Below, piece after piece: positions 38,980 to 47,287 of a stretch of 64,000 nucleotides of DNA. Source of the stretch: Candidatus Latescibacterota bacterium (GTDB lineage Bacteria; Latescibacterota; UBA2968; UBA8231). Under the pieces are notes generated by a model, which had not been told where the DNA came from, made no database searches, and saw nothing but the letters and a program-made list of their open reading frames with translations. A program made the position numbers and the translations under genes. The number at the start of each line of letters is the position of its first letter. Positions within the stretch are counted from its first letter, which is position 1. The DNA lies in the NCBI GenBank assembly GCA_965203175.1, contig OZ241867.1, positions 5,408,001 to 5,472,000 on the forward strand. The letters are read 5' to 3'.

Positions 38980-40431
38980 ATGAGACAATCAGAGGGAAAA
39001 CGAGAGGCCGGTGAACACAGCAACGGCCTCCAGATGGCACCCGAACAGATGCTTGATCTGGCGCGCAAGGCCGCAGAACTCGTGGTGGAGCGGATCGACG
39101 GCCTGCCCAGCGAAAATGCTTGGGAAGGAGAATTCCGACGCGAACTCGAAAATTGGCTGGTAGAGGAGCCGCCCGAGGCGGGCCGGCCAGCAGCGGAAGT
39201 CATTGAGCAGGCTGCACGAGATGTTCTCCCCATTGCGACGCGGCTGGACCACCCGCGTTGCTTTGGGTTTATCCCGACAGCACCCACTTGGCCCGGAGTA
39301 CTCGCCGACTTCATGGCCGCCGGATACAACGCCAATGCCTGCACTTGGTTGGTCGCCAGCGGCCCGAGCCAGCTAGAACTGGTCGTCATCGACTGGTTGC
39401 GGCGCTGGATCGGCTACCCAGAGAGCGCTGGCGGGCTGTTGACGAGCGGCGGCTCAGCGGCCAGCCTCGACGCCTTTGTCGCGGCGCGAGAAGCAGCGGG
39501 CCACCCCGAGCGGATGACTGTGTACATGAGCGACCAGAGCCATAGCGCACACATCCGTGCGGCCAAGATCATCGGCGTACGGCCGGAGTGCGTACGCTTG
39601 CTTCCGAGCGACGATCAGTTCCGCCTAGACATGGAGGCGCTCGCGCGTGCTGTGGCCGACGACCGAGCGACGGGGTTTAATCCCATCGCGATATGCGCCA
39701 ACGCCGGCGCGAGCAGCACCGGAGCCATTGATCCGATCGGAGCCATGGCCGATTACTGCGAGGCGGAAGGCATTTGGCTGCACGTCGATGCGGCGTACGG
39801 CGGCTTCGCAGTCGTGACCGAGCGGGGCAAGGAGCTTTTGCGCGGGATTGAGCGCGCCGATTCGATTGGGCTGGACGCGCACAAATGGTTCTTCCAGCCT
39901 TATGAAGCCGGCGGCCTACTAGTGAAGGATCTGAGCACGCTTGAGCACGCTTTCGGCGTTCACCACGACATTCTCCAAGACACAATATGGGGCGCGAACC
40001 ACCCGAACTTCTCGGATCGCGGCCTGCAACTGAGCCGCTCGGTGCGAGCGTTGAAGATTTGGATGTCAGTGCAAACCTTTGGGATGGCCGCGTTCCGGCA
40101 GGCCGTGTCAAAGGGAATAGAGTTGGCCGATCAAACCGAGGAGTACGTCCAGGCGAGCCCGACCCTGGAGATGTTGACCCCCGCGTCGCTGAGCATCGTG
40201 TGCTTCCGGGTCAACCCCGCCGACATGGACCTCGACGAGGAATCCCTCGAAGCAATCAACAAGACGGTGCTCGCCCACGTCTTTTGGGACGACCAGGCCT
40301 TCGTATCATCGACCCTTCTCCACGGAAAGTTTTCGCTGCGGATGTGCATCGTCAACCACACTACTACCTGGGACGATGTGCGCAAGACCCTAGAGGCTAT
40401 CGAGCGGTTTGGGCGTGAGGCGTCAGCCTAA
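38980..40431 (+). CDS. Group II PLP-dependent decarboxylase (aromatic-L-amino-acid decarboxylase-like)
   Basis: HPRCFGFIP, TSGGS, HVDAAYGG, DAHKW. GGAGG RBS before ATG 38980. Confidence 0.88.
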   Translation: MRQSEGKREAGEHSNGLQMAPEQMLDLARKAAELVVERIDGLPSENAWEGEFRRELENWLVEEPPEAGRPAAEVIEQAARDVLPIATRLDHPRCFGFIPTAPTWPGVLADFMAAGYNANACTWLVASGPSQLELVVIDWLRRWIGYPESAGGLLTSGGSAASLDAFVAAREAAGHPERMTVYMSDQSHSAHIRAAKIIGVRPECVRLLPSDDQFRLDMEALARAVADDRATGFNPIAICANAGASSTGAIDPIGAMADYCEAEGIWLHVDAAYGGFAVVTERGKELLRGIERADSIGLDAHKWFFQPYEAGGLLVKDLSTLEHAFGVHHDILQDTIWGANHPNFSDRGLQLSRSVRALKIWMSVQTFGMAAFRQAVSKGIELADQTEEYVQASPTLEMLTPASLSIVCFRVNPADMDLDEESLEAINKTVLAHVFWDDQAFVSSTLLHGKFSLRMCIVNHTTTWDDVRKTLEAIERFGREASA

Positions 40432-40507
40432 AGGAGGACATTGTGTGTAGAAGCGGTTTTACACCTGAGCCTCTCTCAAGTTATGAAACCACTTCTAGTC
40501 AACGGAT

Positions 40508-41653
40508 TCACAGGCTGTACTGCGGGATCTTCAGCAGTTCGCCGTCCTTCAGCGCCGACTCGTGCGCGACGATGCCGCTGACCGTCATGTTAAGTGCTTG
40601 GGCCACGTCGATGAGAGGCGTGCGGTCCAGCAGGATCGCCTCGACGAACTCGCACATCAGGTAGCCGTGAGAGCCGCCGTGCCCGCCGGCGTCCACCCCC
40701 GGAGGAAGAGGTGGACGCTTAAATGTTGGCACAGAGTCCTGCCCGCCATTCTGGAACGCGCCGTAGAAGGTGCCCTTCTCCGTGCGAATCCGGCCCGTCT
40801 CCCCGCCGACACCCGGCGTGTCCCAGCTAACCCCCATCCGCGCCATGCCGCCGTCGCTAGTGCGAAATAGCGCGATTTCGGTACCAAACGGGTTGCCGTA
40901 GCGATTGTTTGCAGCCTTCAGATGATCGACGCTGCTGGGCACGCCCATGCAGGAAACCTCGGTGAAGCTCCCGCCGGTGATGCCCACGTAGTAGGCATTG
41001 GAGTGCGTGGGATACCATTGCGGGGGAGCCCCAGTGCGCCAGCCCTCGTGCGCGGCCAGCGGCGTCGGGAAGTAGTGCCAGTATTCACCCTCTGCATAGA
41101 CGACTTTTCCCAGCGCGCCGGCTCGGTACAACTCCCGCATGTTGTAGAGATCTTCGTGGAAGTACGAGGTTTCGAACATCATGTAGCTGCGGTCGGCCGT
41201 CTTGGCCGCGGCGAAAAGCGCCTCCGCATCCTCCAGTGATCCCCACACGGCGGGCACGGCCGATGCAACGTGTTTGCCGGCTTTGAGCGCGGCGATGGCC
41301 AGCCGGGCATGGCTCGGGGCGTCGGTGGCAACGAAAACGGCCTCGAGCGAGTCGTCCTCGATCAACTCTTCGCACGAGGCATAGGCGGTCGCACAGCGGC
41401 ATGCTCTGGCCAGTTCAGCCCGCTTATCGGGATCCAGTTCGGCCACCGCGGCGACAGTCACATTCGGGTGGTTCTGGAAGTGGAAAGCCGCACCGAAATT
41501 GCACACGCCATACCCGGCGATACCTACGCGAATCACGCGGTCGGACACGGGTTGCCAGTCCTTCGACGCCTCGTAGTCAGTAACTGCCTTCTCGAAGCCT
41601 TGGATCGGGACGGCCTCCGCCGTCGGTTCTGCATCACTCTTCTGGTTCATCAT
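40508..41653 (-). CDS. Gfo/Idh/MocA family oxidoreductase
   Basis: VGIAGYG, VATDAPSHA, GKHVASAVP, YAEGEY, GHGGSH. Confidence 0.85.
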   Translation of the reverse strand: MMNQKSDAEPTAEAVPIQGFEKAVTDYEASKDWQPVSDRVIRVGIAGYGVCNFGAAFHFQNHPNVTVAAVAELDPDKRAELARACRCATAYASCEELIEDDSLEAVFVATDAPSHARLAIAALKAGKHVASAVPAVWGSLEDAEALFAAAKTADRSYMMFETSYFHEDLYNMRELYRAGALGKVVYAEGEYWHYFPTPLAAHEGWRTGAPPQWYPTHSNAYYVGITGGSFTEVSCMGVPSSVDHLKAANNRYGNPFGTEIALFRTSDGGMARMGVSWDTPGVGGETGRIRTEKGTFYGAFQNGGQDSVPTFKRPPLPPGVDAGGHGGSHGYLMCEFVEAILLDRTPLIDVAQALNMTVSGIVAHESALKDGELLKIPQYSL

Positions 41654-41703
41654 TCCCCCTTTAGTATCTCAACCACGCGCCTCCATCCACATGGTGAGGA
41701 TTA

Positions 41704-41782
41704 GGAACGATAAAGGGCCCTCACCGATGCGTTGTCAATACGGTCCCTTGACAACGCATCCATAAAGGCTTCTTATCGTTCC
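41704..41782. promoter_or_regulatory. Mirror-symmetric divergent regulatory element (two inverted copies of TTGACAACGCATC-N12-TTATCGTTCC)
   Basis: Minus copy 41704-41738 and plus copy 41748-41782, separated by a 9-bp centre. Confidence 0.75.
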
Positions 41783-41807
41783 GATCCGTACAGAGGGAGC
41801 GATAAAA

Positions 41808-43130
41808 GTGAACGCGCGACAGGAAAAGCTGCTCAGAAGAACCTTCCTCGACTACCAGGCGACGGCCGAGTTTATGAAAAATCCGCTCATCGTGTCGCGG
41901 GCGGAAGGGCTCTACTACTGGGACACGGACGGGAAACGCTACTTCGACGGCATCAGCGGTATCTACTCAACCCTGCTCGGCCACCGTCATCCGCGCGTCG
42001 CAGAAGCCATGCGAGCTCAATGGGACAAGCTCGCCTTTGCGCCGCCCATGCACGGCACGGCCGACGTGACGCTCGACTTCGTCGAGAAGATAGGCAGCGT
42101 CACCCCCGACGACCTCAACTACGTAAAAGCGTTCAGCGGCGGCTCGGAGTCTATGGAGGCGGCGATTAAGTTCACGCGCCAGTATTTCAAGCAGTCGGGC
42201 CATCCGCACAAGTACAAGTTCATCAGTCGCTACCAAGCCTACCACGGCGCCACCATGGGAGCCATGGCGGCCAGTGGTACGGGAGAGCGCAAAACCCCAT
42301 TCGAGCCGGCCCCACCGGGCTTCCTCAAAGTATTCCCCCCAACGCACTACCGCGACCGCTTTGGCGACTGGGATGAGGCCAACCGGTTCGCGGCGCAACA
42401 GTTCGAGGATGTCATCATCAGCGAAGACCCGGCGACAGTGGCCGGCATCATTCTCGAACCAGTGTCGAACACGGGGGGTATCATCACGCCCACAGACGAG
42501 TACTTCCAGATCATCCGCGACACCTGCGACCGCCACAACGTCGTGCTCATCTACGACGAGATCATCACCGGCTTCGGTCGCACGGGAGCGATGTTTGCCG
42601 CCCACACCTTCGGGGTGACGCCCGACATTATCTGCGGCAGCAAGGGGCTGTCGAGTGGTGCCATTCCCCTCGGAGCGCTGATGGCTCGCGAGGGGATGGG
42701 GGAATACTTCTACGAGCAAGGCGAGAACTTCGCTCATGGTCACACCTACGCTGGCCATCCACTGGCCTGCGCAGTCGGCATCGCCGTGGTTGACGAAATC
42801 GTGGAGCGCGGCCTCGATGCCCATGCCCGCGAGATGGGCGACTACCTCGCTGCCAAGCTCGAAGGCCTGCAATCGCTCGGCGTCGTGCGGGAGGTGCGGG
42901 GCAAGGGGTTGCTGAGGGGGATTGAACTGGTGAAGGATACGTCAAGCCTCGCGCCGTTCCCAGCGCTGGGCAGGGCGCTCAAGAAGACGGCGCTGCAAAA
43001 CGGAGTCATCCTGCGGGTTGATCCAAGTTGGTTCGCCGTCGTGCCCGCCCTCATCATCGACAAGCCCCAGGTTGACGAGCTTTTCGACCTCGTCGAGCAA
43101 AGCCTCAAGGACGCACTTGACCAGGTCTGA
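41808..43130 (+). CDS. Class III PLP-dependent aminotransferase
   Basis: SGGSESME, AYHG, LIYDEIITGFGRTG, SKGLSSG, HGHTYAGHP. Confidence 0.92.
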   Translation: MNARQEKLLRRTFLDYQATAEFMKNPLIVSRAEGLYYWDTDGKRYFDGISGIYSTLLGHRHPRVAEAMRAQWDKLAFAPPMHGTADVTLDFVEKIGSVTPDDLNYVKAFSGGSESMEAAIKFTRQYFKQSGHPHKYKFISRYQAYHGATMGAMAASGTGERKTPFEPAPPGFLKVFPPTHYRDRFGDWDEANRFAAQQFEDVIISEDPATVAGIILEPVSNTGGIITPTDEYFQIIRDTCDRHNVVLIYDEIITGFGRTGAMFAAHTFGVTPDIICGSKGLSSGAIPLGALMAREGMGEYFYEQGENFAHGHTYAGHPLACAVGIAVVDEIVERGLDAHAREMGDYLAAKLEGLQSLGVVREVRGKGLLRGIELVKDTSSLAPFPALGRALKKTALQNGVILRVDPSWFAVVPALIIDKPQVDELFDLVEQSLKDALDQV

Positions 43131-43168
43131 TCGGCTGATCAGCGCCGCCTGAACAAGGAGATGCAGAG

Positions 43169-43873
43169 ATGGCGACGATTCAACTTCCAGTGAGATGGTA
43201 TTCCGGCTACGGCCCCGACAATCCCGACGGAAATCGTTTCGGCGACCTCGACCTGCCGTTGGCGACCACTGCCTTTATGATCGTGGATTCGGACTGCGGC
43301 GAGGGGAACCCCTGCGTCGAGGAGGGGATTGCGCCCGCGCTGAAGGCCGCCCGCGCCATCGGCATGCACGTGTTCTTCATTCACAACGACTTTTCCCTGT
43401 GTGACGAACCGGGCAGTATCAAGCGCGAGATCCACGGCACCCGCTGGGGCAACGAAGATGCCGCCGACCGCCCGGCGCCGGAGCGCAGCCCGCTGCAGCC
43501 GAACTATTCGCCGTCGATTCAGCCCCTCGCCCACGAGCCGGACTTTCCCAAGCGGGAGTGGTCGGGATTTCACGAGACCCACACCGACTATCACCTGCGC
43601 TGCCACGACATCAAGACCCTGATCGCCGTGGGATTCTCGCAGCGGTCCTGCCTGTACTTCACCTGTGCCGGCGCGGTGGAACACAACTACCGGGTGGTGA
43701 TGTTGCGGGACTGTACCCACTCGGCCGAGTACCCCGATACGGTGGACGACAGCCTGCCGGAAGGGGGATGGCTGCGCAAGATCATGCTGCGGAACTTCGA
43801 GCACGTAGTAGGCTACACCTCCACGTCGACGGAGTTCGTCCAGGCCTGTTCCGCGCTGAGCGCCGTCCCTTGA
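43169..43873 (+). CDS. Isochorismatase-like cysteine hydrolase
   Basis: Triad positions IVD, PKREWSGF and GFSQRSC; LRDCT; AAGGAG RBS. Confidence 0.8.
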   Translation: MATIQLPVRWYSGYGPDNPDGNRFGDLDLPLATTAFMIVDSDCGEGNPCVEEGIAPALKAARAIGMHVFFIHNDFSLCDEPGSIKREIHGTRWGNEDAADRPAPERSPLQPNYSPSIQPLAHEPDFPKREWSGFHETHTDYHLRCHDIKTLIAVGFSQRSCLYFTCAGAVEHNYRVVMLRDCTHSAEYPDTVDDSLPEGGWLRKIMLRNFEHVVGYTSTSTEFVQACSALSAVP

Positions 43874-43915
43874 CAACGCGTCCAGAAAGACTTCTTATCG
43901 TTCCGAACCATACAG
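43865..43915 (+). promoter_or_regulatory. Third copy of the 41.7-kb element (51-bp direct repeat of 41743-41793)
   Basis: 46 of 51 bases identical; overlaps the hydrolase stop codon and precedes the PhyH gene. Confidence 0.8.
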
Positions 43916-43937
43916 TAGCACAATAGGAGCACGAATA

Positions 43938-44741
43938 ATGGGACAAGCAATAACAGAGCGCGAGATCGAGACCATCGTCCGGGAGGTCACAGACGAGGAA
44001 GTCGCCTTCTACCACGAATACGGCTGGGTTATGATGCCGCGGCTCGTCGCTCCGGAGTTCGCCGGACAGCTTTTGCGCGTCGGGCAGGAGTGGGTCGATC
44101 GCAACGCTCAGGAGGTTGGCCACGGCAATCCACGCGCCGGCCTAGCGCGGAATCAAGAGACCGAGCCGTTTCGCTCATTCATGTTCAGCGAGCGCATGGC
44201 GCAAAACGCAACGCGCCTCGTGAACAGGAAGCGGCTCAAGGGAGTAGATGTTCCGCTCCGCTACCGCGTGGATATTCTCCTAAACAAGCCCCCCGGAGCA
44301 GCCGGGTCCACCTATCACCAGGACTCGTCCGAGCATGGCTCCGACCGGGTCGGCGAGCTCCAGTTCTGGCTGGCGCTGGCGGAAGTCACACCCGACATGG
44401 GTGCCATGCGGTTCGTCAGCCGCTCCCATCGCGAAGGACCGCTCGGTTCGGTGTTCAAGGACGACCAAGGCGACCTGCTCAAGCAGTTCCCGAATCTGAC
44501 GTCCGTGCTGGAACTCTCGCCGCCCTTCCACTACCAGCCGGGCGACTGCACCGTACATCACGGCTACACCGTCCACGGGGGTCCAGACAATACCACCGAC
44601 AAGCCGCGCTGGTCCTACCTCTTCTCGTATAGCCCCGCCGACACCCGCTACTGGAACGGCAGCGCCGCCAACTGGGGCAGTGAGCGGCAGCGCCTGAATG
44701 ACTCGGACAATCCCATGGTGCCCGCCGAGGCCGGACCGTGA
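43938..44741 (+). CDS. Phytanoyl-CoA dioxygenase (PhyH) family
   Basis: FYHEYGW, TYHQD, MRFVSRSH, PGDCTVHHGYTVHG. Confidence 0.85.
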   Translation: MGQAITEREIETIVREVTDEEVAFYHEYGWVMMPRLVAPEFAGQLLRVGQEWVDRNAQEVGHGNPRAGLARNQETEPFRSFMFSERMAQNATRLVNRKRLKGVDVPLRYRVDILLNKPPGAAGSTYHQDSSEHGSDRVGELQFWLALAEVTPDMGAMRFVSRSHREGPLGSVFKDDQGDLLKQFPNLTSVLELSPPFHYQPGDCTVHHGYTVHGGPDNTTDKPRWSYLFSYSPADTRYWNGSAANWGSERQRLNDSDNPMVPAEAGP

Positions 44742-45463
44742 ACCTCGAAGGACACATCGCCGTCGTCACCGGAGCTAGCCGCGGCGTCGGACGGGCAATC
44801 GCAGATGCGCTGGAAGCGCGCGGCCTTGCCGTCGCAACCATCGCGCGCCGCTCGGCGCAATTCGCAGCGGATGTCTCGAACCCGGCCGATGTTGACCGCC
44901 TCAAAACCGCAGTCGAAGCCGAGTTCGGCCGGCCCACCGTTCTCGTCAATGCCGCCGGGGTCTTCGGCCCAATCGCCCTCGTAAAAGACAGCGACCCCGA
45001 AGAATGGGTCGAAACGCTCAGGATTAATGCGGTGGGTCCCTATCTCGTATCTCGCGCGTTCCTCGACGGAATGCTAAACGCAGGATGGGGTCGGATCGTG
45101 AACCTTTCGTCGGCGGCGTCGCTGCACACACCTGGGCGGCTCAACAGCGCCTACGGCACGGCAAAGGTCGCTCTCAACCAGTTCACCCGCCACCTCGCCG
45201 CCGAGCTGGAGGGAACGGGCGTCACGGCGAACGTCATCCATCCCGGCGACGTCAAGACCGCGATGTGGGCGGATATCCGCGACAAGATGGGCAGTGTCAG
45301 CGAGAGCGGCTACCACGACTGGGTGGCGTGGGTGGAGCAAACAGGTGGGGATCCGCCAGAGAAGGCGGCCAAGCTCGTGATCGACATCATCGAGAGCGAC
45401 GTCAACGGACGCTTTCTCTGGATCGACGATCCGCTTCAGACCCCGATCCCGAGCTGGGATTAG
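44738..45463 (+). CDS. Short-chain dehydrogenase/reductase
   Basis: TGASRGVG, VNAAG, YGTAK; GTGA overlap with PhyH. Confidence 0.9.
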   Translation: MNLEGHIAVVTGASRGVGRAIADALEARGLAVATIARRSAQFAADVSNPADVDRLKTAVEAEFGRPTVLVNAAGVFGPIALVKDSDPEEWVETLRINAVGPYLVSRAFLDGMLNAGWGRIVNLSSAASLHTPGRLNSAYGTAKVALNQFTRHLAAELEGTGVTANVIHPGDVKTAMWADIRDKMGSVSESGYHDWVAWVEQTGGDPPEKAAKLVIDIIESDVNGRFLWIDDPLQTPIPSWD

Positions 45464-45502
45464 GCGGCGAAGTCAGAACGACGCAGCAGACAATGCCCAA
45501 GG

Positions 45503-47131
45503 TCATTGATCCGTTGGGCTATAAATACTCTTCATCTCCCAAGCATCCAAAACAACCAAGCGCACATCCCGGCCCACCGCCCGCATTGCCACGCCGACGC
45601 TGTCCTGGCGGCCAGGATACACCCGCACAGCGAGGCATTGCCTGTTGTTGGCAAAGACTTCGACAATGCTTTTGTCGACGAACACCCGCATCTTGAGATT
45701 CTCCTCCGGCGCCAGGAACACCGGGGCAATCTCCGGAGGCCGCGATCGCGCCTCAGGCTGTATCGATGCATGGGAAGAATCAAGGGCGACTAGGCTGTAA
45801 GTGCCCTCATTATTGGGCGGCGTCCCGGCCCCGATACCGGGCTCAAGGGGCTTGACGCCGCGGTCCCGGTAAAAGGCGATCCGGGTGTACTCCTGCTGAT
45901 CCGGTGAGCGCAAAACATCCAACTCGATCAAGGGCGCACCGTTAGTCTCGACTTCGAGGCTTAGCTCAATAGCATTGCCGGCGAGTTGGTCGAAAACGAT
46001 CTCGCTATTGCCCTTGATGGTGCAGTCGGCGATCTGCGTATGGCGGCCGCGTAGCGATTCGATATCCCCGGTCGGTTCAATCTGTACCTCGCCGCTAGCG
46101 CTCAAGCTCAGACGCCGGGGCAGGCTCATAAGCTGCTGTCCTTCCCAACAGCCAAAGTGGCGGATCTGGCGTTCCTCCTCGCTCCAACCTGGGCTCGGCA
46201 TCCCCCAATTGACATTAAAGATCGCAATCAATCCCCCCTTGCCGTCGGGAGTAGCCGATGGCGCGTGTATCCCCCCGGGCCAAGAGGCGCCAAAGTTGAA
46301 ACGGCCGTAATCGCGAGCGATCAATTTGTCTCGCGCTTGGTCGTAATCGCCAATTAGGTACTGACCACCGTTGCGATGGCTGTAATACAGCAGCATGTGT
46401 TTGTCGCCGATGGGCCAAAAATACGGACAGGCCCCGTCGTCACCGTTGCCGCTAAACAGATCGTCTTCGACAAATGGGTGCAGGTATTCCCAGGTTTCGA
46501 GATCCTCCGAGCGAAAAAGAAAATTCGCCCGGCGCTGTAGGCCCCTCGGGCCAGTAGGCAGTGTGCCCCCTGAAAGCGAGTAGTAGGCCCCGTCCTTTTT
46601 CCAAATGCACGGATCGTAAACCCGGTAGGGTTGACTGGGCTCGTTGGCCTTGGGCTCGGGGATACCCCCGGGCACTTTTTGCCAATTCAACAACAGAGGA
46701 TCGCGGCTGATGGCGCTTACATTGCCTACTTGGTGGCCGTAATAGTGAACTATGACCCGATCCCCATCGACCAGCGACGCGCCAGACCAGCAACCGTGTT
46801 CAGGATGGGGATAGATGGCGTAGGGCAAATCGCGCCAGTGGATTAAGTCATCGCTGACCGCGTGGGCCCAGTGCGGCCGCGGGTCTTCAGGGGGAAAGGC
46901 CTGGTAGAACAGGTGCCAGCGCCCCTGCCAAAAACACGGCCCATTGGGATCGTTTAAGCGGCCATCCGGGTTGCAAAAATGGTATATGGGACGCACGGGG
47001 TCGTCGGCATGTGCCTGCCTAGTGGCCCTAAAGCGCTGCAGGAGCGGGTTTGTTCGCAGTTGGGCTTCCTGCTCGGCGAGGGTATCGCCAAAGCTATACT
47101 GGGCAACGCTCGAGGTATGATCAGGTTGCAT
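45503..47131 (-). CDS. Glycoside hydrolase family 32-like protein (non-canonical catalytic motifs)
   Basis: LNDPNG, WHLFYQ, WAHAVSDDL, WSG, YDP, ACP, VFVDKSIVEVFAN. Confidence 0.85.
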   Translation of the reverse strand: MQPDHTSSVAQYSFGDTLAEQEAQLRTNPLLQRFRATRQAHADDPVRPIYHFCNPDGRLNDPNGPCFWQGRWHLFYQAFPPEDPRPHWAHAVSDDLIHWRDLPYAIYPHPEHGCWSGASLVDGDRVIVHYYGHQVGNVSAISRDPLLLNWQKVPGGIPEPKANEPSQPYRVYDPCIWKKDGAYYSLSGGTLPTGPRGLQRRANFLFRSEDLETWEYLHPFVEDDLFSGNGDDGACPYFWPIGDKHMLLYYSHRNGGQYLIGDYDQARDKLIARDYGRFNFGASWPGGIHAPSATPDGKGGLIAIFNVNWGMPSPGWSEEERQIRHFGCWEGQQLMSLPRRLSLSASGEVQIEPTGDIESLRGRHTQIADCTIKGNSEIVFDQLAGNAIELSLEVETNGAPLIELDVLRSPDQQEYTRIAFYRDRGVKPLEPGIGAGTPPNNEGTYSLVALDSSHASIQPEARSRPPEIAPVFLAPEENLKMRVFVDKSIVEVFANNRQCLAVRVYPGRQDSVGVAMRAVGRDVRLVVLDAWEMKSIYSPTDQ

Positions 47132-47244
47132 ATAGTCAGACTTCCTTGGTTAAGTAATAGGAAAAATGAAGAACCTTTTTTCGCTGCTCTGTCAAGGCAT
47201 TGTGCAAATTAGCATGACGCTCAAAATTAGTCTTGCCAAGGTTG

Positions 47245-47280
47245 CCTATCTCAAGCGAGAATTGGCACAAACTATACAAA
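47245..47280 (+). pseudogene. Possible N-terminal scar of an AAA_14/DUF4143 ATPase paralog
   Basis: CCTATCTCAAGCG is identical to 37028-37040; translation AYLKRELAQTI vs PYLKRHLTQTI. Confidence 0.4.
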
Positions 47281-47287
47281 AAAGAAT

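Noticed and set aside
38470-38983. ORFs 38470..38871, 38546..38983 and 38723..38920; also a possible glycine riboswitch (CCGAAGG/CTGAAGG)
   Set aside because: The ORFs have no motifs or RBS, and the other conserved glycine-aptamer elements (GGAGA, CTCTCAGG) are missing.
47167-47195. Minus-strand TTGACA as the GH32 promoter
   Set aside because: No convincing -10 box at 16-18 nt spacing.
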